A stretch of 64,000 bases of DNA from Gemmatimonadaceae bacterium (GTDB lineage: Bacteria; Gemmatimonadota; Gemmatimonadetes; Gemmatimonadales; Gemmatimonadaceae). The notes beneath the pieces were generated by a model. The model did no database searches. It was not told where the DNA came from and was given only the letters and a program-made list of their open reading frames with translations. Shown one piece after another: positions 18,614-29,204 of this stretch (position 1 is the first letter of the stretch; each line of letters opens with the position of its first letter). The translations under genes were made by a program, and so were the position numbers. The DNA is taken from contig JADLCY010000004.1 in the NCBI GenBank assembly GCA_020846935.1, positions 84,921 to 148,920 on the forward strand, read 5' to 3'.

Positions 18614-19846
18614 ATGTCCCGTCCCCTTGGCGTTGGCTTCATCGGCTCCGGCTTCAACACGCGCTTTCACATTCAGGGATGGCGTGGTGTGCGCGAGGGC
18701 GACGTGCTCGGCGTGTGGAGCCCGAACGCGAAGAATGCGGCCGACGCGGCAAAGCTGGCCCGTACGCTCGACGTGGGTGCGGCCAGGCCCTACAAGTCGA
18801 TTGCTGACATGGTGTCCGACCCGGCGATCGACGCGATCTGGCTCTGCGGCCCCAACCACGCGCGCATCGAGAACGTGGAGGAGATCGTCGACGCGGTGAA
18901 GCGTGGAAAGGGCGAACTCAAGGGCATTGCGAGCGAGAAACCGCTCGCTCGCAACGTGCAGGAGGCGACGCAGGTCGCGAAGATGGTGGCGTCGGTGGGG
19001 CTGCAGACGGGATACCTGGAAAATCAGCTCTTTGCGCCCCACGTGGAGTACGGCAAGGCGCTGATCTGGGCGCGTGGCGCGGCCACGACCGGTCGGCCCT
19101 ACCTCGCGCGTGCGGCTGAGGAGCACGCGGGGCCCCACGGGCCGTGGTTCTGGCAGGGCAATCTGCAGGGCGGGGGCGTGCTGAACGACATGATGTGCCA
19201 CTCCGCGCTGGTCGTGCGGCACCTGCTCACCAAGCCGGGCGAGCCGCTGTCGACGGTAAAGCCGGTGCGGGTGACGGGCCACATCGCCTCGCTCAAGTGG
19301 ACGCGGCCGCACTACGCGGCCCAGCTCAGGAAGACCATGGGCGCCGACTACACGAAGACGCCGTCGGAGGACTTTGCGAGCGTGATGATCGAGTTCGAGT
19401 CGGCCGACGGGTACCGGATGATCGGTGAGGCGAGCACGTCGTGGAGCTACATCGGCGCCGGCCTGCGCCTCTCGGCGGAACTCCTCGGGCCCGAGTACTC
19501 GATGAAGTGGAACTCGCTCGACAGCGGGCTCCAGCTGTTTTTCTCGCGCGAGGTCAAGGGAAGGGCGGGCGAAGATCTCGTGGAGAAGCAGAACGCGGAG
19601 CAGGGCGTGATGCCGGTGGTGCCCGAGGAGTACCTCGCGTACGGGTACACCGGCGAAGACCGTCACTTTTGCCGCGTGTTTCTGGGGAAGGAGACGGCGC
19701 GACTCACGTTTGACGACGGCGTGGACGTGGTGCGCATGTTGATGACGGCGTACCAGAGCGCCGAGCAGGGAAAGACGCTGGCGTTCCCGCCAAAGGGGAT
19801 CGACCGGTTCGTGCCAGCGGTGGCCAAGGGGGAATGGCGACCGTAG
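18614..19846 (+). CDS. Gfo/Idh/MocA family oxidoreductase
   Basis: The N-terminal Rossmann motif is GVGFIGSGFNTRFH. EKPLARN and the C-terminal alpha/beta domain follow. Confidence 0.8.
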   Translation: MSRPLGVGFIGSGFNTRFHIQGWRGVREGDVLGVWSPNAKNAADAAKLARTLDVGAARPYKSIADMVSDPAIDAIWLCGPNHARIENVEEIVDAVKRGKGELKGIASEKPLARNVQEATQVAKMVASVGLQTGYLENQLFAPHVEYGKALIWARGAATTGRPYLARAAEEHAGPHGPWFWQGNLQGGGVLNDMMCHSALVVRHLLTKPGEPLSTVKPVRVTGHIASLKWTRPHYAAQLRKTMGADYTKTPSEDFASVMIEFESADGYRMIGEASTSWSYIGAGLRLSAELLGPEYSMKWNSLDSGLQLFFSREVKGRAGEDLVEKQNAEQGVMPVVPEEYLAYGYTGEDRHFCRVFLGKETARLTFDDGVDVVRMLMTAYQSAEQGKTLAFPPKGIDRFVPAVAKGEWRP

Positions 19847-20068
19847 CCCGGCCGCCATCGTCAACGATGTCTCGTCAGGCACGCCACCAGGGGCAAACGC
19901 GGGCGCGTGCCGGCAACCAGGCCATAGGCGGGCGTCGGGTTCGCGCCATGCGCACGATACCTGTCGCTGGTGCCTTCACACCGAAGTAGCCCGATCGGGC
20001 CCGCAACCACCTCTTCACCCTGCCAGTTGATGCGATCCGTCACCACCTGGATGCCACGCGCACGGTCG

Positions 20069-21481
20069 ATGACCATCGCGCGTGTCCTGCTGCTGTCGCT
20101 CCTCGCCACCCCGGTCGCTGCGCAGCGGCCCACACTGGCTCCGGCGACGCGTGCGTATGTACGCATCGACACGAACGTCGTCGCGTTGACCAATGTGCGT
20201 GTCATCGATGGCACCGGAGCTGCCCCGCGGGACGCGCAAACGGTCGTCATCCGCGACGGAAACATCGCCGCCGTTGGAGACGCTGCGACGACGGTGGTGC
20301 CGGCCGGCGCGCTGCAGGTCGATCTCACGGGCAAGACGCTGATACCCGGGCTGGTCATGGTGCACGAGCACCTGTACTACCCGGCGGGGCCCGGCATCTA
20401 TGGCAACTACACGGAGTCGTTCTCGCGACTCTACCTCGCTGGCGGCGTGACCTCGATGCGCACCGGCGGCAACATGAACGGCTACTCCGAACTCAACATC
20501 GCCAGGGCGATCGAGCGCGGCGACAAAGCCGGCCCCTGGATCGACGCCACGGCGCCATACCTCAACGGGCCGAACGCGTTCATCCAGATGCATGCGCTGC
20601 GCACGCCGGCCGAAGCGCGGACGTTCGTGAACTTCTGGGCCGATCAGGGCGCCACGTCGTTCAAGGCCTACATGCAGATCTCGCGCGAGGTGCTCAGGGC
20701 CGCGATCGACGCCGCACACGCCCGGGGTCTCAAGGTCACCGGCCACCTCTGCTCGGTGACATACCGCGAGGCAGCAGGACTCGGCATCGACAATCTCGAG
20801 CACGGCTTCCTGGCCGCGACGGACTTTGTCACCGGCAAGGTGCCTGACGAATGCCCCGGGCAGGGTCGCGGCCAGCAGTCCGTGAATGCGATCGACCCGT
20901 CCAGCGACGCGGTGCGCTCACTCATCCAGGAGTTGGTTCGCCGCAAGGTCGCGCTCACGTCGACGATGACGGTGTTCGAGACGTTCACGCCGGGCCGACC
21001 GATGCCGCCCGGGATCGAGGTGCTCGTACCCGCGATGCGGGAAGCTTATGAGCGGCAGCACGCCCAGGTTGCGCGAAATGCCACGTCGCTCTACTCGACG
21101 CTGCTTCCGAAGGGGATGGCGCTCGAGCTGGCGTTTGCGCGCGCCGGTGGCCTGCTGGTGGCGGGTACCGACCCCACGGGCGGTGGCGGCGTCATCCCGG
21201 GGTTCTCCAACCAGCGCGCGGTGGAGCTGCTGGTCGAAGGCGGCTTCACGCCGGTCGAGGCGATCCGGGTAGCCACATTGAACGGAGCCACCTACCTTGG
21301 CAGAGCGTCGCGCGTCGGGTCGATCAACGTGGGCAAGCAGGCCGACCTGGTGGTGATCAACGGGAACCCCGCCGTCAGGGTCGCCGACATTCGCCACGTG
21401 GAGCTGGTCTTCAGGCAGGGCGTGGGGTATGACCCGGCGAAGCTCATTGCGTCCGTGACTGGACGCGTGGGCCTCTTCTAG
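20069..21481 (+). CDS. secreted amidohydrolase family protein (Xaa-Pro dipeptidase / imidazolonepropionase-like)
   Basis: It has a signal peptide (MTIARVLLLSLLATPVAAQ). VRVIDGTGAAPRDAQTVVIRDGNIAAVG, LIPGLVMVHEHL and KQADLVVINGNP are also present. Confidence 0.8.
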   Translation: MTIARVLLLSLLATPVAAQRPTLAPATRAYVRIDTNVVALTNVRVIDGTGAAPRDAQTVVIRDGNIAAVGDAATTVVPAGALQVDLTGKTLIPGLVMVHEHLYYPAGPGIYGNYTESFSRLYLAGGVTSMRTGGNMNGYSELNIARAIERGDKAGPWIDATAPYLNGPNAFIQMHALRTPAEARTFVNFWADQGATSFKAYMQISREVLRAAIDAAHARGLKVTGHLCSVTYREAAGLGIDNLEHGFLAATDFVTGKVPDECPGQGRGQQSVNAIDPSSDAVRSLIQELVRRKVALTSTMTVFETFTPGRPMPPGIEVLVPAMREAYERQHAQVARNATSLYSTLLPKGMALELAFARAGGLLVAGTDPTGGGGVIPGFSNQRAVELLVEGGFTPVEAIRVATLNGATYLGRASRVGSINVGKQADLVVINGNPAVRVADIRHVELVFRQGVGYDPAKLIASVTGRVGLF

Positions 21482-21604
21482 CGGCGGAGGGAGGGAAGGC
21501 GGATTCGACAGGCGATTGATGAGATGGCTGCGACCAGTCGGATGGCCGGACAGGTGGATCGTCAGGATAGTCGAGGACACCAACAACAACGGACACTTCA
21601 ACTC

Positions 21605-22870
21605 ATGTTCCGAAACTTCGGGTTCGCGCTCCTTCTGGTTCCTTCCCTGGCAGCGGCGCAGGGCACGCGGGCGCAATGCGCCCCTGACAACGCGGGCCTC
21701 AGGCTCCCGGACGGATTCTGCGCGCAGATCGTCGCCGACAGCATTGGCCCGGCGCGCCACATCACCGTGGCGCCTAACGGCGACCTGTTCGTGGCCGTGC
21801 GCAGCACGAACACGCAGCGCGGCGCCCTGGTGATGCTCCGGGACACGAACAACGACGGCACGGCCGACGTGGTCTCGCGCATCGGCGCGCTCACCGGAAG
21901 CGAGGCCGTGTACCACGACGGCTACGTCTACTTCGGCACCGACACCGCGATCGTACGCTACCGCTGGAGCCCCGGCGGGATCGATCGCGGGGCCTCGCCA
22001 GACACCGTCGTGATGGGCCTGCGCGCCGAGCGCGGGCATCATGCCGCCAAGAGCTTCGCGATCTCCCGGGACGGGTCGATCTTCGTGAACATCGGGGCGC
22101 CTTCGAACGCATGCGAAGAACGCATGAACGCACCGGGCACCAAGGGTCAGGATCCGTGTCCCTTCCTCGAGACCTCCGGAGGAATCTGGCGATTCGATGC
22201 AAAGAAGCTCCGGCAATCGCAGGCGGACGGCGAGCGCTGGGCAACGGGCATCCGCAACATCATGGCGATCACCATGGACCCCGCGGGGCGCATCCCGTGG
22301 GGCACGCAACACGGGCGCGACCTGCTGGCCAGCAACTGGGGCAAGACGTTCCCGCTGTACACCGAGGCCAAGAGCGCCGAGAATCCCGGTGAGGAGATGT
22401 TCAGGCTCGACAAGGGCGGCGACTTTGGCTGGCCGTACTGCTACTGGGACGTCGACCAGAAAAAGAAGGTGCTGGCGCCGGAGTACGGTGGCGACGGTGT
22501 GAAGCCGGGGAAGTGCGCCGCGGTGGGTCAGCCGATGGCCGCCTACCCGGGTCACTGGGCGCCTAACGGGATGGTCTTCTACACGGCGAACGCATTTCCG
22601 GCGAAGTACCGGCAGGGTGCGTTCATCGCGTTCCATGGCTCGTGGAACCGCGCGCCGCTCCCGCAGGCCGGCTTCAATGTGGTCTATCAACCCTTTGCCA
22701 GTGGGCGCCCCAGCGGAGCGTACGAGATCTTCGCCGATGGGTTCCGCGGTGCGGCCAACGAACAGCAACGTCGCCCCACGGGGCTCGCCGTCGCTTCCGA
22801 CGGATCGCTGCTCGTCACCGATGACCGTGCGGGGCGCGTCTACCGCATTCGCTGGGTCGGCGGCCGGTAA
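21605..22870 (+). CDS. secreted sorbosone/glucose dehydrogenase-like beta-propeller protein
   Basis: It has a signal peptide (MFRNFGFALLLVPSLAAAQG). RLPDGFCAQIVADSIGPARHITVAPNGDLFVAV and RPTGLAVASDGSLLVTDDRAGRVYRI are also present. Confidence 0.6.
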   Translation: MFRNFGFALLLVPSLAAAQGTRAQCAPDNAGLRLPDGFCAQIVADSIGPARHITVAPNGDLFVAVRSTNTQRGALVMLRDTNNDGTADVVSRIGALTGSEAVYHDGYVYFGTDTAIVRYRWSPGGIDRGASPDTVVMGLRAERGHHAAKSFAISRDGSIFVNIGAPSNACEERMNAPGTKGQDPCPFLETSGGIWRFDAKKLRQSQADGERWATGIRNIMAITMDPAGRIPWGTQHGRDLLASNWGKTFPLYTEAKSAENPGEEMFRLDKGGDFGWPYCYWDVDQKKKVLAPEYGGDGVKPGKCAAVGQPMAAYPGHWAPNGMVFYTANAFPAKYRQGAFIAFHGSWNRAPLPQAGFNVVYQPFASGRPSGAYEIFADGFRGAANEQQRRPTGLAVASDGSLLVTDDRAGRVYRIRWVGGR

Positions 22871-22895
22871 CAGCACCGAAGTTCCTTGCACGAAG

Positions 22896-22940
22896 ACGGC
22901 GCCGCGGGGATGTGGATCCCGCGGCGCCGTTGCACGTTTT
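22896..22940 (+). terminator. intrinsic terminator after the dehydrogenase-like gene
   Basis: A perfect 13-bp stem, ACGGCGCCGCGGG (22896-22908) / CCCGCGGCGCCGT (22918-22930), encloses a 9-nt loop. TTTT follows at 22937-22940. Confidence 0.6.
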
Positions 22941-22964
22941 CGCGACCCTCGCTGCCACTCGCCC

Positions 22965-24089
22965 ATGACTGACTCCAGCCTCAGCCCACGCGTCCTGCTG
23001 GCCGCCTTCGCGCTGGCCACCATCACACCGGCCGCGTCGATCGCACAGACACGCACGCGCAACGTGGTGCTGATCGTGAGCGACGGGCTGCGCTGGCAGG
23101 AAGTCTTTCGCGGCGCCGAGCGCGCCCTCGTGAGCCGCACGGCTGGCGGTGTGCGCGACACGACCGCGGCTCTGAGGCGCTGGTATCGCGAAGATCTCGC
23201 GTCGCGCCGGCGCACGCTCCTTCCGTTTCTCTGGGGGAGGATCGCGAATGACGGCGTGCTGCTCGGCAACCAGGACAGCGGGAGCGTGGCGGCGATCACC
23301 AATACCATGCGCTTCTCGTATCCGGGCTACAACGAGCTGTTGACCGGCGCTGCCGATCCGCGGATCGACAGCAACGAATATCCGCCCAACCCGAACATCA
23401 CGGTGTTCGAGTGGCTCGCCCGCCGCCCGGCCTACCGAGGGAAAGTGGCGGCGATCGCCACCTGGGATGCCTTTCGCCGGATCTTCAATCGGGAGCGTGC
23501 CGGCTTCGACGTCTTCGACGGGTGGGACGAGCCCTTCCACGGGGCCATGGCGCGCACGCCGCGCGCCGCGTTCGTGAACGAGTGGTACCGCACCTCGGTA
23601 CGGATGTGGGACGGCAACGCCTTCGACGCCCCGATGCACGCCGCCACGAAGGAGTACATCCGCCAGCGAAAGCCACGCGTGCTGTTCGTCGGTTACGGCG
23701 AAACCGACGAGTGGGCGCACTCGGGCATGTACGACATGCTGCTCCAGTCCGCCCACCGTGTCGACGGCTACATCCGTGACCTATGGGAGACGATGCAGGC
23801 CATGCCCGAATACCGTGGCACCACGACGTTCATCATCACCACCGATCACGGTCGCGGCGACGGGCCATCGAAGTGGCGCGACCACGGTGAGGATGTGACC
23901 GGCGCGGAGAACATCTGGTTGGCTGTCATCGGGCCGGACACCCCGGCGCTCGGAGAAGTCACGCGTGCGGCTCGTGTGGCGCAGTCGCAGGTCGCGGCCA
24001 CGCTCGCCGCACTGCTCGGCGAGGACTGGCGCGCGACAAACCCGCAGGCCGGCGCACCCATCACATCGGTCGTGGGTCGCCGTCGGTGA
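22965..24089 (+). CDS. alkaline-phosphatase-superfamily protein (secreted)
   Basis: An ATG at 22965 gives the signal peptide MTDSSLSPRVLLAAFALATITPAASIAQ. VVLIVSDGLRW and FIITTDHGRGD resemble the metal-ligand regions of the AP superfamily. The upstream part of the listed ORF overlaps the previous gene. Confidence 0.5.
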   Translation: MTDSSLSPRVLLAAFALATITPAASIAQTRTRNVVLIVSDGLRWQEVFRGAERALVSRTAGGVRDTTAALRRWYREDLASRRRTLLPFLWGRIANDGVLLGNQDSGSVAAITNTMRFSYPGYNELLTGAADPRIDSNEYPPNPNITVFEWLARRPAYRGKVAAIATWDAFRRIFNRERAGFDVFDGWDEPFHGAMARTPRAAFVNEWYRTSVRMWDGNAFDAPMHAATKEYIRQRKPRVLFVGYGETDEWAHSGMYDMLLQSAHRVDGYIRDLWETMQAMPEYRGTTTFIITTDHGRGDGPSKWRDHGEDVTGAENIWLAVIGPDTPALGEVTRAARVAQSQVAATLAALLGEDWRATNPQAGAPITSVVGRRR

Positions 24090-24093
24090 CCGC

Positions 24094-25437
24094 CTAGAGC
24101 GTGAACCCTGCGCGGTAGGTCGGCAGGATCCACTCCGCCGGGATGTTCGCGGTCTTCACCGCGCCGGTCACCGGATCCAACTCGATCGTGCGCCCGGATC
24201 GAACGGCGAGGTTGCCGAGCACGATCATCTCGGTGAGCGGGCCGGCGTGGCTCACGAAGCTCGAGCCGGGCTGCGTGCCGTTCTTGACCGCGGCAATGAA
24301 CTCCTTGTAGACGCCGGGCGTGCGTTCGTACTTCTTCGGCACGGGAGTGGCCAGGATGACGGCGTTCTTTGCCGGGTCGCAGAGCTGTGGATCGCCGCCG
24401 TACGTGCCGGCCAGGAGCGAACCCTTGTCGCCCACCCACAGCTGCCCGCCCTCGGGGTCGTTAGGCCATGGGCGTGTCATGCCCCACTCCTCGGGCCGCG
24501 GTGGAAACAGCGAGCCGTCACGCCACGTCACGGTCACTGGCGGGCGACCGTTGCGCGCCGGAAACTCGTAGGTGATGCGCGACGAACGCGGGGCCGTCTC
24601 GGCGAACAGGGCCGTCGACTCCGGGATCACGCGCGCGGGGTAGCCAAGCTCGAGAATCCAGAACGCGGCGTCCATGAGGTGACAGGCCATGTCGCCCATC
24701 GCGCCGGTGCCAAAGTCCCAGTAGCCGCGCCAGTTGAACGGTGCATAGCTCGGGTGGTATGGGCGTTCCGCGGCCGGGCCGAGCCAGAGGTTCCAGTCGA
24801 GCGTGGGCGGAACGTTGTGCATGTCCGTGGGCCGATTGATGCCCTGCGGCCAGATCGGTCGGTTGGTAAAGAACTCGACGCGCTGCACCGAGCCGATCGC
24901 GCCCGACTCGATCCATTCGCGGAGCACGCGTGTGGTGTCCATCGCGTGCCCCTGGTTCCCCATCTGCGTGGCCTGCTTCGGGCGACGTGCCGCCTCGGCC
25001 TTGAGCGCGCGCACTTCGCCAACGGTGCGCGCGAGCGGCTTCTGGCAGTACACGTGTTTCCCCACCTTGAGCGCCATCATCGCGATCGCGGCGTGCGTGT
25101 GATCGGGCGTGGTGATCGTGACGGCGTCGAAGCCGGCGGCATCGCGATCGAACAGCTGCCGATAATCGCGGTAGCGCTTCGCCTGAGGAAAGCGCAACGC
25201 TGCGCGCTCGGCCTGTCGATCATCAACGTCACAGAGGAACGCGATGTTGTTGTCGGGCGCGATGCCGACGACGTCGTTGTAACCCATGCCGCCCACGCCG
25301 ATGCAGGCGATGTTGACCGTATCGCTCGGCGCCTGGTATCCCCGGCCGAGCACGTGGCGCGGGACGATGGTGAAGGCGAAGGCGCCTGCGCCGGCCTTGG
25401 ACACGTCGGACACGAAGCTGCGACGGGACTGGGTCAT
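24094..25437 (-). CDS. Gfo/Idh/MocA family oxidoreductase with Tat signal
   Basis: The start is MTQSRRSFVSDVSKAGAGAFAFT at 25437. NIACIGVGGMGYND and CQKPLART are also present. Confidence 0.8.
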   Translation of the reverse strand: MTQSRRSFVSDVSKAGAGAFAFTIVPRHVLGRGYQAPSDTVNIACIGVGGMGYNDVVGIAPDNNIAFLCDVDDRQAERAALRFPQAKRYRDYRQLFDRDAAGFDAVTITTPDHTHAAIAMMALKVGKHVYCQKPLARTVGEVRALKAEAARRPKQATQMGNQGHAMDTTRVLREWIESGAIGSVQRVEFFTNRPIWPQGINRPTDMHNVPPTLDWNLWLGPAAERPYHPSYAPFNWRGYWDFGTGAMGDMACHLMDAAFWILELGYPARVIPESTALFAETAPRSSRITYEFPARNGRPPVTVTWRDGSLFPPRPEEWGMTRPWPNDPEGGQLWVGDKGSLLAGTYGGDPQLCDPAKNAVILATPVPKKYERTPGVYKEFIAAVKNGTQPGSSFVSHAGPLTEMIVLGNLAVRSGRTIELDPVTGAVKTANIPAEWILPTYRAGFTL

Positions 25438-25450
25438 GGCTCGGAACGGG

Positions 25451-26698
25451 TTAACGGGTATCGACCGACGGGATCTTCGCCGGGCGGAAGAGCAGGAGAA
25501 AGAGCAGGAAGACCACGGCCGCCATCGCCGCGGGTTGCAGCCAGATCGCCGTCCAGTCATGCACGACGGCCAGGCACTCGCGCGCGCTTGCCGCGGCTTC
25601 GCTGCAGGTCGGGTTGGGCGACGACGAGCGGTTCACGACGAAGCCGGAGACAAACGCGCCGATGAAGTAGCCCAGGCCGTTGGTGACGAAGTTGATGAAG
25701 CCCTGGGCGGCCGCGCGCGTCTTCTCGCCCGCCTTCTGGTCGGTGTAGATCTGACCACTCACGAAGAAGAAGTCGTAGCAGACGCCGTGCAGCAGGATCC
25801 CGATGTAGAGCAGCGGTAGCCCTCCTGCGGCATTGCCCTCGGCGAACGCCACGTAGCGCAGCGCCCATGCCGCCATGCCCACCAGCATGATGGTCTTGAT
25901 GCCGAAACGCCGCAGGAAGAAGGGCAACAGCACCATGAAGCCGATCTCCGACCACTGCCCGAACGTCTGGATGAACGCCGGGTCCGGAGCGTTGATCTCG
26001 TTGAGAAACGGATTGGCGAACGTGTAGTAGAACTGCAGCGGAATGCACAGTAGAAAGGAGCCGAGCACGAAGATCGAGAAGTCGCGGTCCCTGAGGAGCG
26101 CCAGGGCGTCGAGCCCCAGGGCGTCGCGTGCGGAGAACGGGGTGCCCGCCGCCTTGGGCGGCGTGTGCGGCAGCAGGAACGCAAAGATGCCGAGCACCAC
26201 GGACGCCGCGGCGCCGATGAGCATGGGAGTGGACTGCGCATCCGCCTTGAGCACCTTGCCGACGATCGTGCCGGCGGCGATCCAGCCGATGGTGCCGAGG
26301 ACGCGAATGAGCGGGAAGTCCTTGCCCGGATCCTTCACGTGGTGGAAGGAGATGGAATTCGTGAGGCTCAGCGTCGGCATGTAGCAGAGCGCATACAGAA
26401 TCAGCATCGGGTAGAACGTGCTGAAGCTCGTCTGTTGCGACACGAGATACATCACACCCGCGCCGGCGAGGTGCAGGATCACGAGAAGCTTTTCGGAGGC
26501 GAAGAACCGATCGGCGACCATGCCCACAAAGAACGGCGAGATGAGCGCCGCGATCGCCGTTGCGCCGTAGGCGAGTCCGATCTCGCCGTCGGTGAATCGC
26601 AGACCCTGCCCGAGGTACGTGCCCATCGTCACGAACCAGCTCCCCCAGATGAAGTACTGGAGGAACATCATGATGGAGAGCTTCGTGCGGACGGACAT
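25451..26698 (-). CDS. nucleoside:H+ symporter family (NupG/XapB-like) MFS transporter
   Basis: The N-terminus is typical of Nuc_H_symport proteins: [29 protein letters not shown] ... [13 protein letters not shown]. About 12 helices are present. Confidence 0.8.
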   Translation of the reverse strand: MSVRTKLSIMMFLQYFIWGSWFVTMGTYLGQGLRFTDGEIGLAYGATAIAALISPFFVGMVADRFFASEKLLVILHLAGAGVMYLVSQQTSFSTFYPMLILYALCYMPTLSLTNSISFHHVKDPGKDFPLIRVLGTIGWIAAGTIVGKVLKADAQSTPMLIGAAASVVLGIFAFLLPHTPPKAAGTPFSARDALGLDALALLRDRDFSIFVLGSFLLCIPLQFYYTFANPFLNEINAPDPAFIQTFGQWSEIGFMVLLPFFLRRFGIKTIMLVGMAAWALRYVAFAEGNAAGGLPLLYIGILLHGVCYDFFFVSGQIYTDQKAGEKTRAAAQGFINFVTNGLGYFIGAFVSGFVVNRSSSPNPTCSEAAASARECLAVVHDWTAIWLQPAAMAAVVFLLFLLLFRPAKIPSVDTR

Positions 26699-26768
26699 GA
26701 GGGGCGATGGGTTGGGAGTTGGTGGCGGTCCGCGCAACGCGCGTGCGCCCTCGGAGATCGACCTACCG

Positions 26769-27452
26769 CTACCCTCGCCCGACCCCGAACGTCCTGATGC
26801 GCATGTTGCGGAACGCGACCCAATCGCCGTGATCCTGGAGTCCGATGAAGCCCCGTGATGCCCGGGCGTAGGTGGGCCACTCCACGAACTTCGAGGCCTT
26901 CATGCGGCGCTCCCAGTCCGGCGACCAGAGCTCGAACTCCACCACCTTGCGGCCATTGAGCCAGTGCTCGACGTGCGCGCCGCGCGCCACGATGCGGGCC
27001 ACGTTCCATTCGCCGACCGGCTTCACCGCGTCGCGTGGCGCGGGATACAGCGCGTAGTTGGCGCCCGCGACGGTGAGCTCGGTCGTATTGTCGGGGTGTC
27101 CGATGTTGTCGAGCACCTGATACTCGGCGGCGTTCTCGTAGATGCGCGCGGTCGCCTCGCCCGCGCGATAGAAGACGCCGCTGTTTCCCTTCGGCCCGAC
27201 CTTCCACTCGAACTCGAGTTCGAAGTCGCCGAAAGCCTCGGCACCGTAGACGATGTCACCGCCGGCCGCGACGCGCGTGAGGGCGTCGTCGACGACCTTC
27301 CAGCCGTCGGGCAGTCCTGCCTTCTGGTAGCCGCGCCAGCCTGTCGCTCGCGCGTCGATCAGCGATCGCCAGGGGCCGGCAGTCTGTGCGGCCAGGGGAG
27401 AGGTCATGAGTGTCAGCGGAAGCATCGCGACAACGAACCGGGACCGGCGCAT
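26769..27452 (-). CDS. DUF1080 (3-keto-disaccharide hydrolase-like) secreted protein
   Basis: It has a signal peptide. [32 protein letters not shown] and [17 protein letters not shown] are also present. Confidence 0.8.
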   Translation of the reverse strand: MRRSRFVVAMLPLTLMTSPLAAQTAGPWRSLIDARATGWRGYQKAGLPDGWKVVDDALTRVAAGGDIVYGAEAFGDFELEFEWKVGPKGNSGVFYRAGEATARIYENAAEYQVLDNIGHPDNTTELTVAGANYALYPAPRDAVKPVGEWNVARIVARGAHVEHWLNGRKVVEFELWSPDWERRMKASKFVEWPTYARASRGFIGLQDHGDWVAFRNMRIRTFGVGRG

Positions 27453-27702
27453 CGGCAGCAGAGTGAGGTCGCGGCCAACGTAGGGCCGCTCGCGTCACGG
27501 CGGAAGAGCGAACCGCGCTGTGCAAAGCACGGCGGAGCAGCGCACTCCCGCCGGTTGCCGGGCAACGTCGACCGGGCGGCGCTCCCGAGGGGCCCGCGCG
27601 GTCGCAGCCGCGGTCGCTCCGCTCGCAACGGACCCGTTGCACACAGCCGGGGACCGGACGCGCCGGGATTCGCGTATCATTGGGCAACGCACACCACTCC
27701 CC

Positions 27703-29145
27703 ATGACCCGACTTCACCTGCGTTCTGGCCGCGCGATCGCTCTCGCCGGCCTTGGCGTCGCCCTTCTGTCCTGCGCCACCAACCCGGTCACCGGCCGTCG
27801 CGAGCTCTCCCTCGTCTCGGAGTCGCAGGAGATCCAGATGGGATTGCAAGCGGCCAAAGAGGCCGCCGTGCAGATGGGCGTGTACCCGGATTCCCAGCTG
27901 CAGCGTTACGTCAGCTCGTTAGGCATGCCGCTGGCCAGGTCGTCCGAACGGCCCAGCCTGCCGTGGTCGTTCACGGTGATCGATGACCCGATGGTCAACG
28001 CCTTCGCCCTTCCCGGCGGGCCGGTCTTCGTGACGCGCGGCATCCTCGCCTACATGAACTCGGAGGCGCAGCTCGTCTCGGTGCTCGGCCATGAGATTGG
28101 CCATATCACGGCCCGACACTCGGTCAACCAGATGTCCCGCGCCCAACTCGCCCAGATCGGCCTCGTTGGCGCCATGATCGCCGCGCCGGAGCTGCAGCAG
28201 TTCGGCAACCTCGGAAGCCAGGCACTCGGCGTGATGTTCATGAAGTTCGGGCGTGACGACGAGACGCAGTCCGATGACCTCGGCTTTCGATACATGACGG
28301 CGGCGTCATACGATCCCGCGGAGATGGCCGAGATGTTCCGGACGCTCGAGCGGACCAGCGCCGGTTCCGAGCGCGCGCCCGAGTGGCTCTCGACGCACCC
28401 GGACCCCGGCAACCGCGTGGAGAAGACGCGCGAACGCATCGCGGCGTGGTCGCGGCCCGCTGGCGCGCTCAAGGTCAACCGCGACGCGTTTCTGCAGCAC
28501 ATCGACGGCATCGTGTTCGGCGACGATCCCAGGCAGGGCTACTTCCAGCAGCAGGTCTTCTATCACCCGTCCATGAAGTTCCGCCTGGACTTCCCATCGG
28601 GATGGCGGACTCAGAACGCGCCCACGCAGGTGGCAGCGGTGAGCACCCAGCAGGACGCCATCATCGTGCTGTCGGCAGCCGGGAACGCGGCGCCATCGCA
28701 GGCCGCTGCGCAGTTCGCCAACCAGCAAGGCGTGCGCGCGCTCGGCACATCGACGAACAGCATCAACGGGCTGCCGGCAGCCGTCACCCAGTTCACCGCG
28801 CAGGCCGAGCAGACCGTGCTTGCCGGCTACGCCGCGTTTGTCCAGCTCGACGGGGCGACCTTTCAGATCCTCGCCTATGCCCCACAGCCACGCATCGCGT
28901 CCTACGACGGCGCGTTCCGCGCCGCCATCGGTTCATTCCAGCGCGTGACCGACGCGCGCGTGCTCGGCGTGAAGCCGCAACGCCTGCGACTCGTACGCCT
29001 CGCCAGCGCGATGACGCTCGCGCAGTTCCAGCAGCAGTACCCCTCGCCGATCCCCATCGAGCAGCTCGCCGTGATCAACGGGGTGGAGAACGCGAACGCT
29101 TTGTTCCCGGCCGGCAGCCGCGTGAAGCGCGTGGTGGTCGAGTAG
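27703..29145 (+). CDS. M48 family metallopeptidase lipoprotein
   Basis: The lipobox is LGVALLSC. The zinc motif is VLGHEIGHITARH. DDETQSDDLGFRYM lies downstream, followed by a long C-terminal domain. Confidence 0.85.
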   Translation: MTRLHLRSGRAIALAGLGVALLSCATNPVTGRRELSLVSESQEIQMGLQAAKEAAVQMGVYPDSQLQRYVSSLGMPLARSSERPSLPWSFTVIDDPMVNAFALPGGPVFVTRGILAYMNSEAQLVSVLGHEIGHITARHSVNQMSRAQLAQIGLVGAMIAAPELQQFGNLGSQALGVMFMKFGRDDETQSDDLGFRYMTAASYDPAEMAEMFRTLERTSAGSERAPEWLSTHPDPGNRVEKTRERIAAWSRPAGALKVNRDAFLQHIDGIVFGDDPRQGYFQQQVFYHPSMKFRLDFPSGWRTQNAPTQVAAVSTQQDAIIVLSAAGNAAPSQAAAQFANQQGVRALGTSTNSINGLPAAVTQFTAQAEQTVLAGYAAFVQLDGATFQILAYAPQPRIASYDGAFRAAIGSFQRVTDARVLGVKPQRLRLVRLASAMTLAQFQQQYPSPIPIEQLAVINGVENANALFPAGSRVKRVVVE

Positions 29146-29173
29146 GGGCTTGCGTCGGGCCCAGGGGCCCGTG

Positions 29174-29204
29174 CATACTACCCTCAACATTTGAGGGTAG
29201 TATG
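29174..29204. promoter_or_regulatory. perfect 14-bp inverted repeat covering the padR Shine-Dalgarno and start codon
   Basis: CATACTACCCTCAA (29174-29187), spacer CAT and TTGAGGGTAGTATG (29191-29204) form the repeat. The right arm contains GAGGG and the padR ATG (29202-29204). Confidence 0.6.

Noticed and set aside
17798-19882. 694-aa ORF on the minus strand
   Set aside because: It is antisense to the AroM-like and Gfo/Idh/MocA genes. The composition is low complexity and no motifs are present.
20918-23308. 796-aa ORF on the minus strand
   Set aside because: It is antisense to the amidohydrolase, the dehydrogenase-like gene and the AP-superfamily gene. The translation is Arg/Pro-rich with no recognisable domain.
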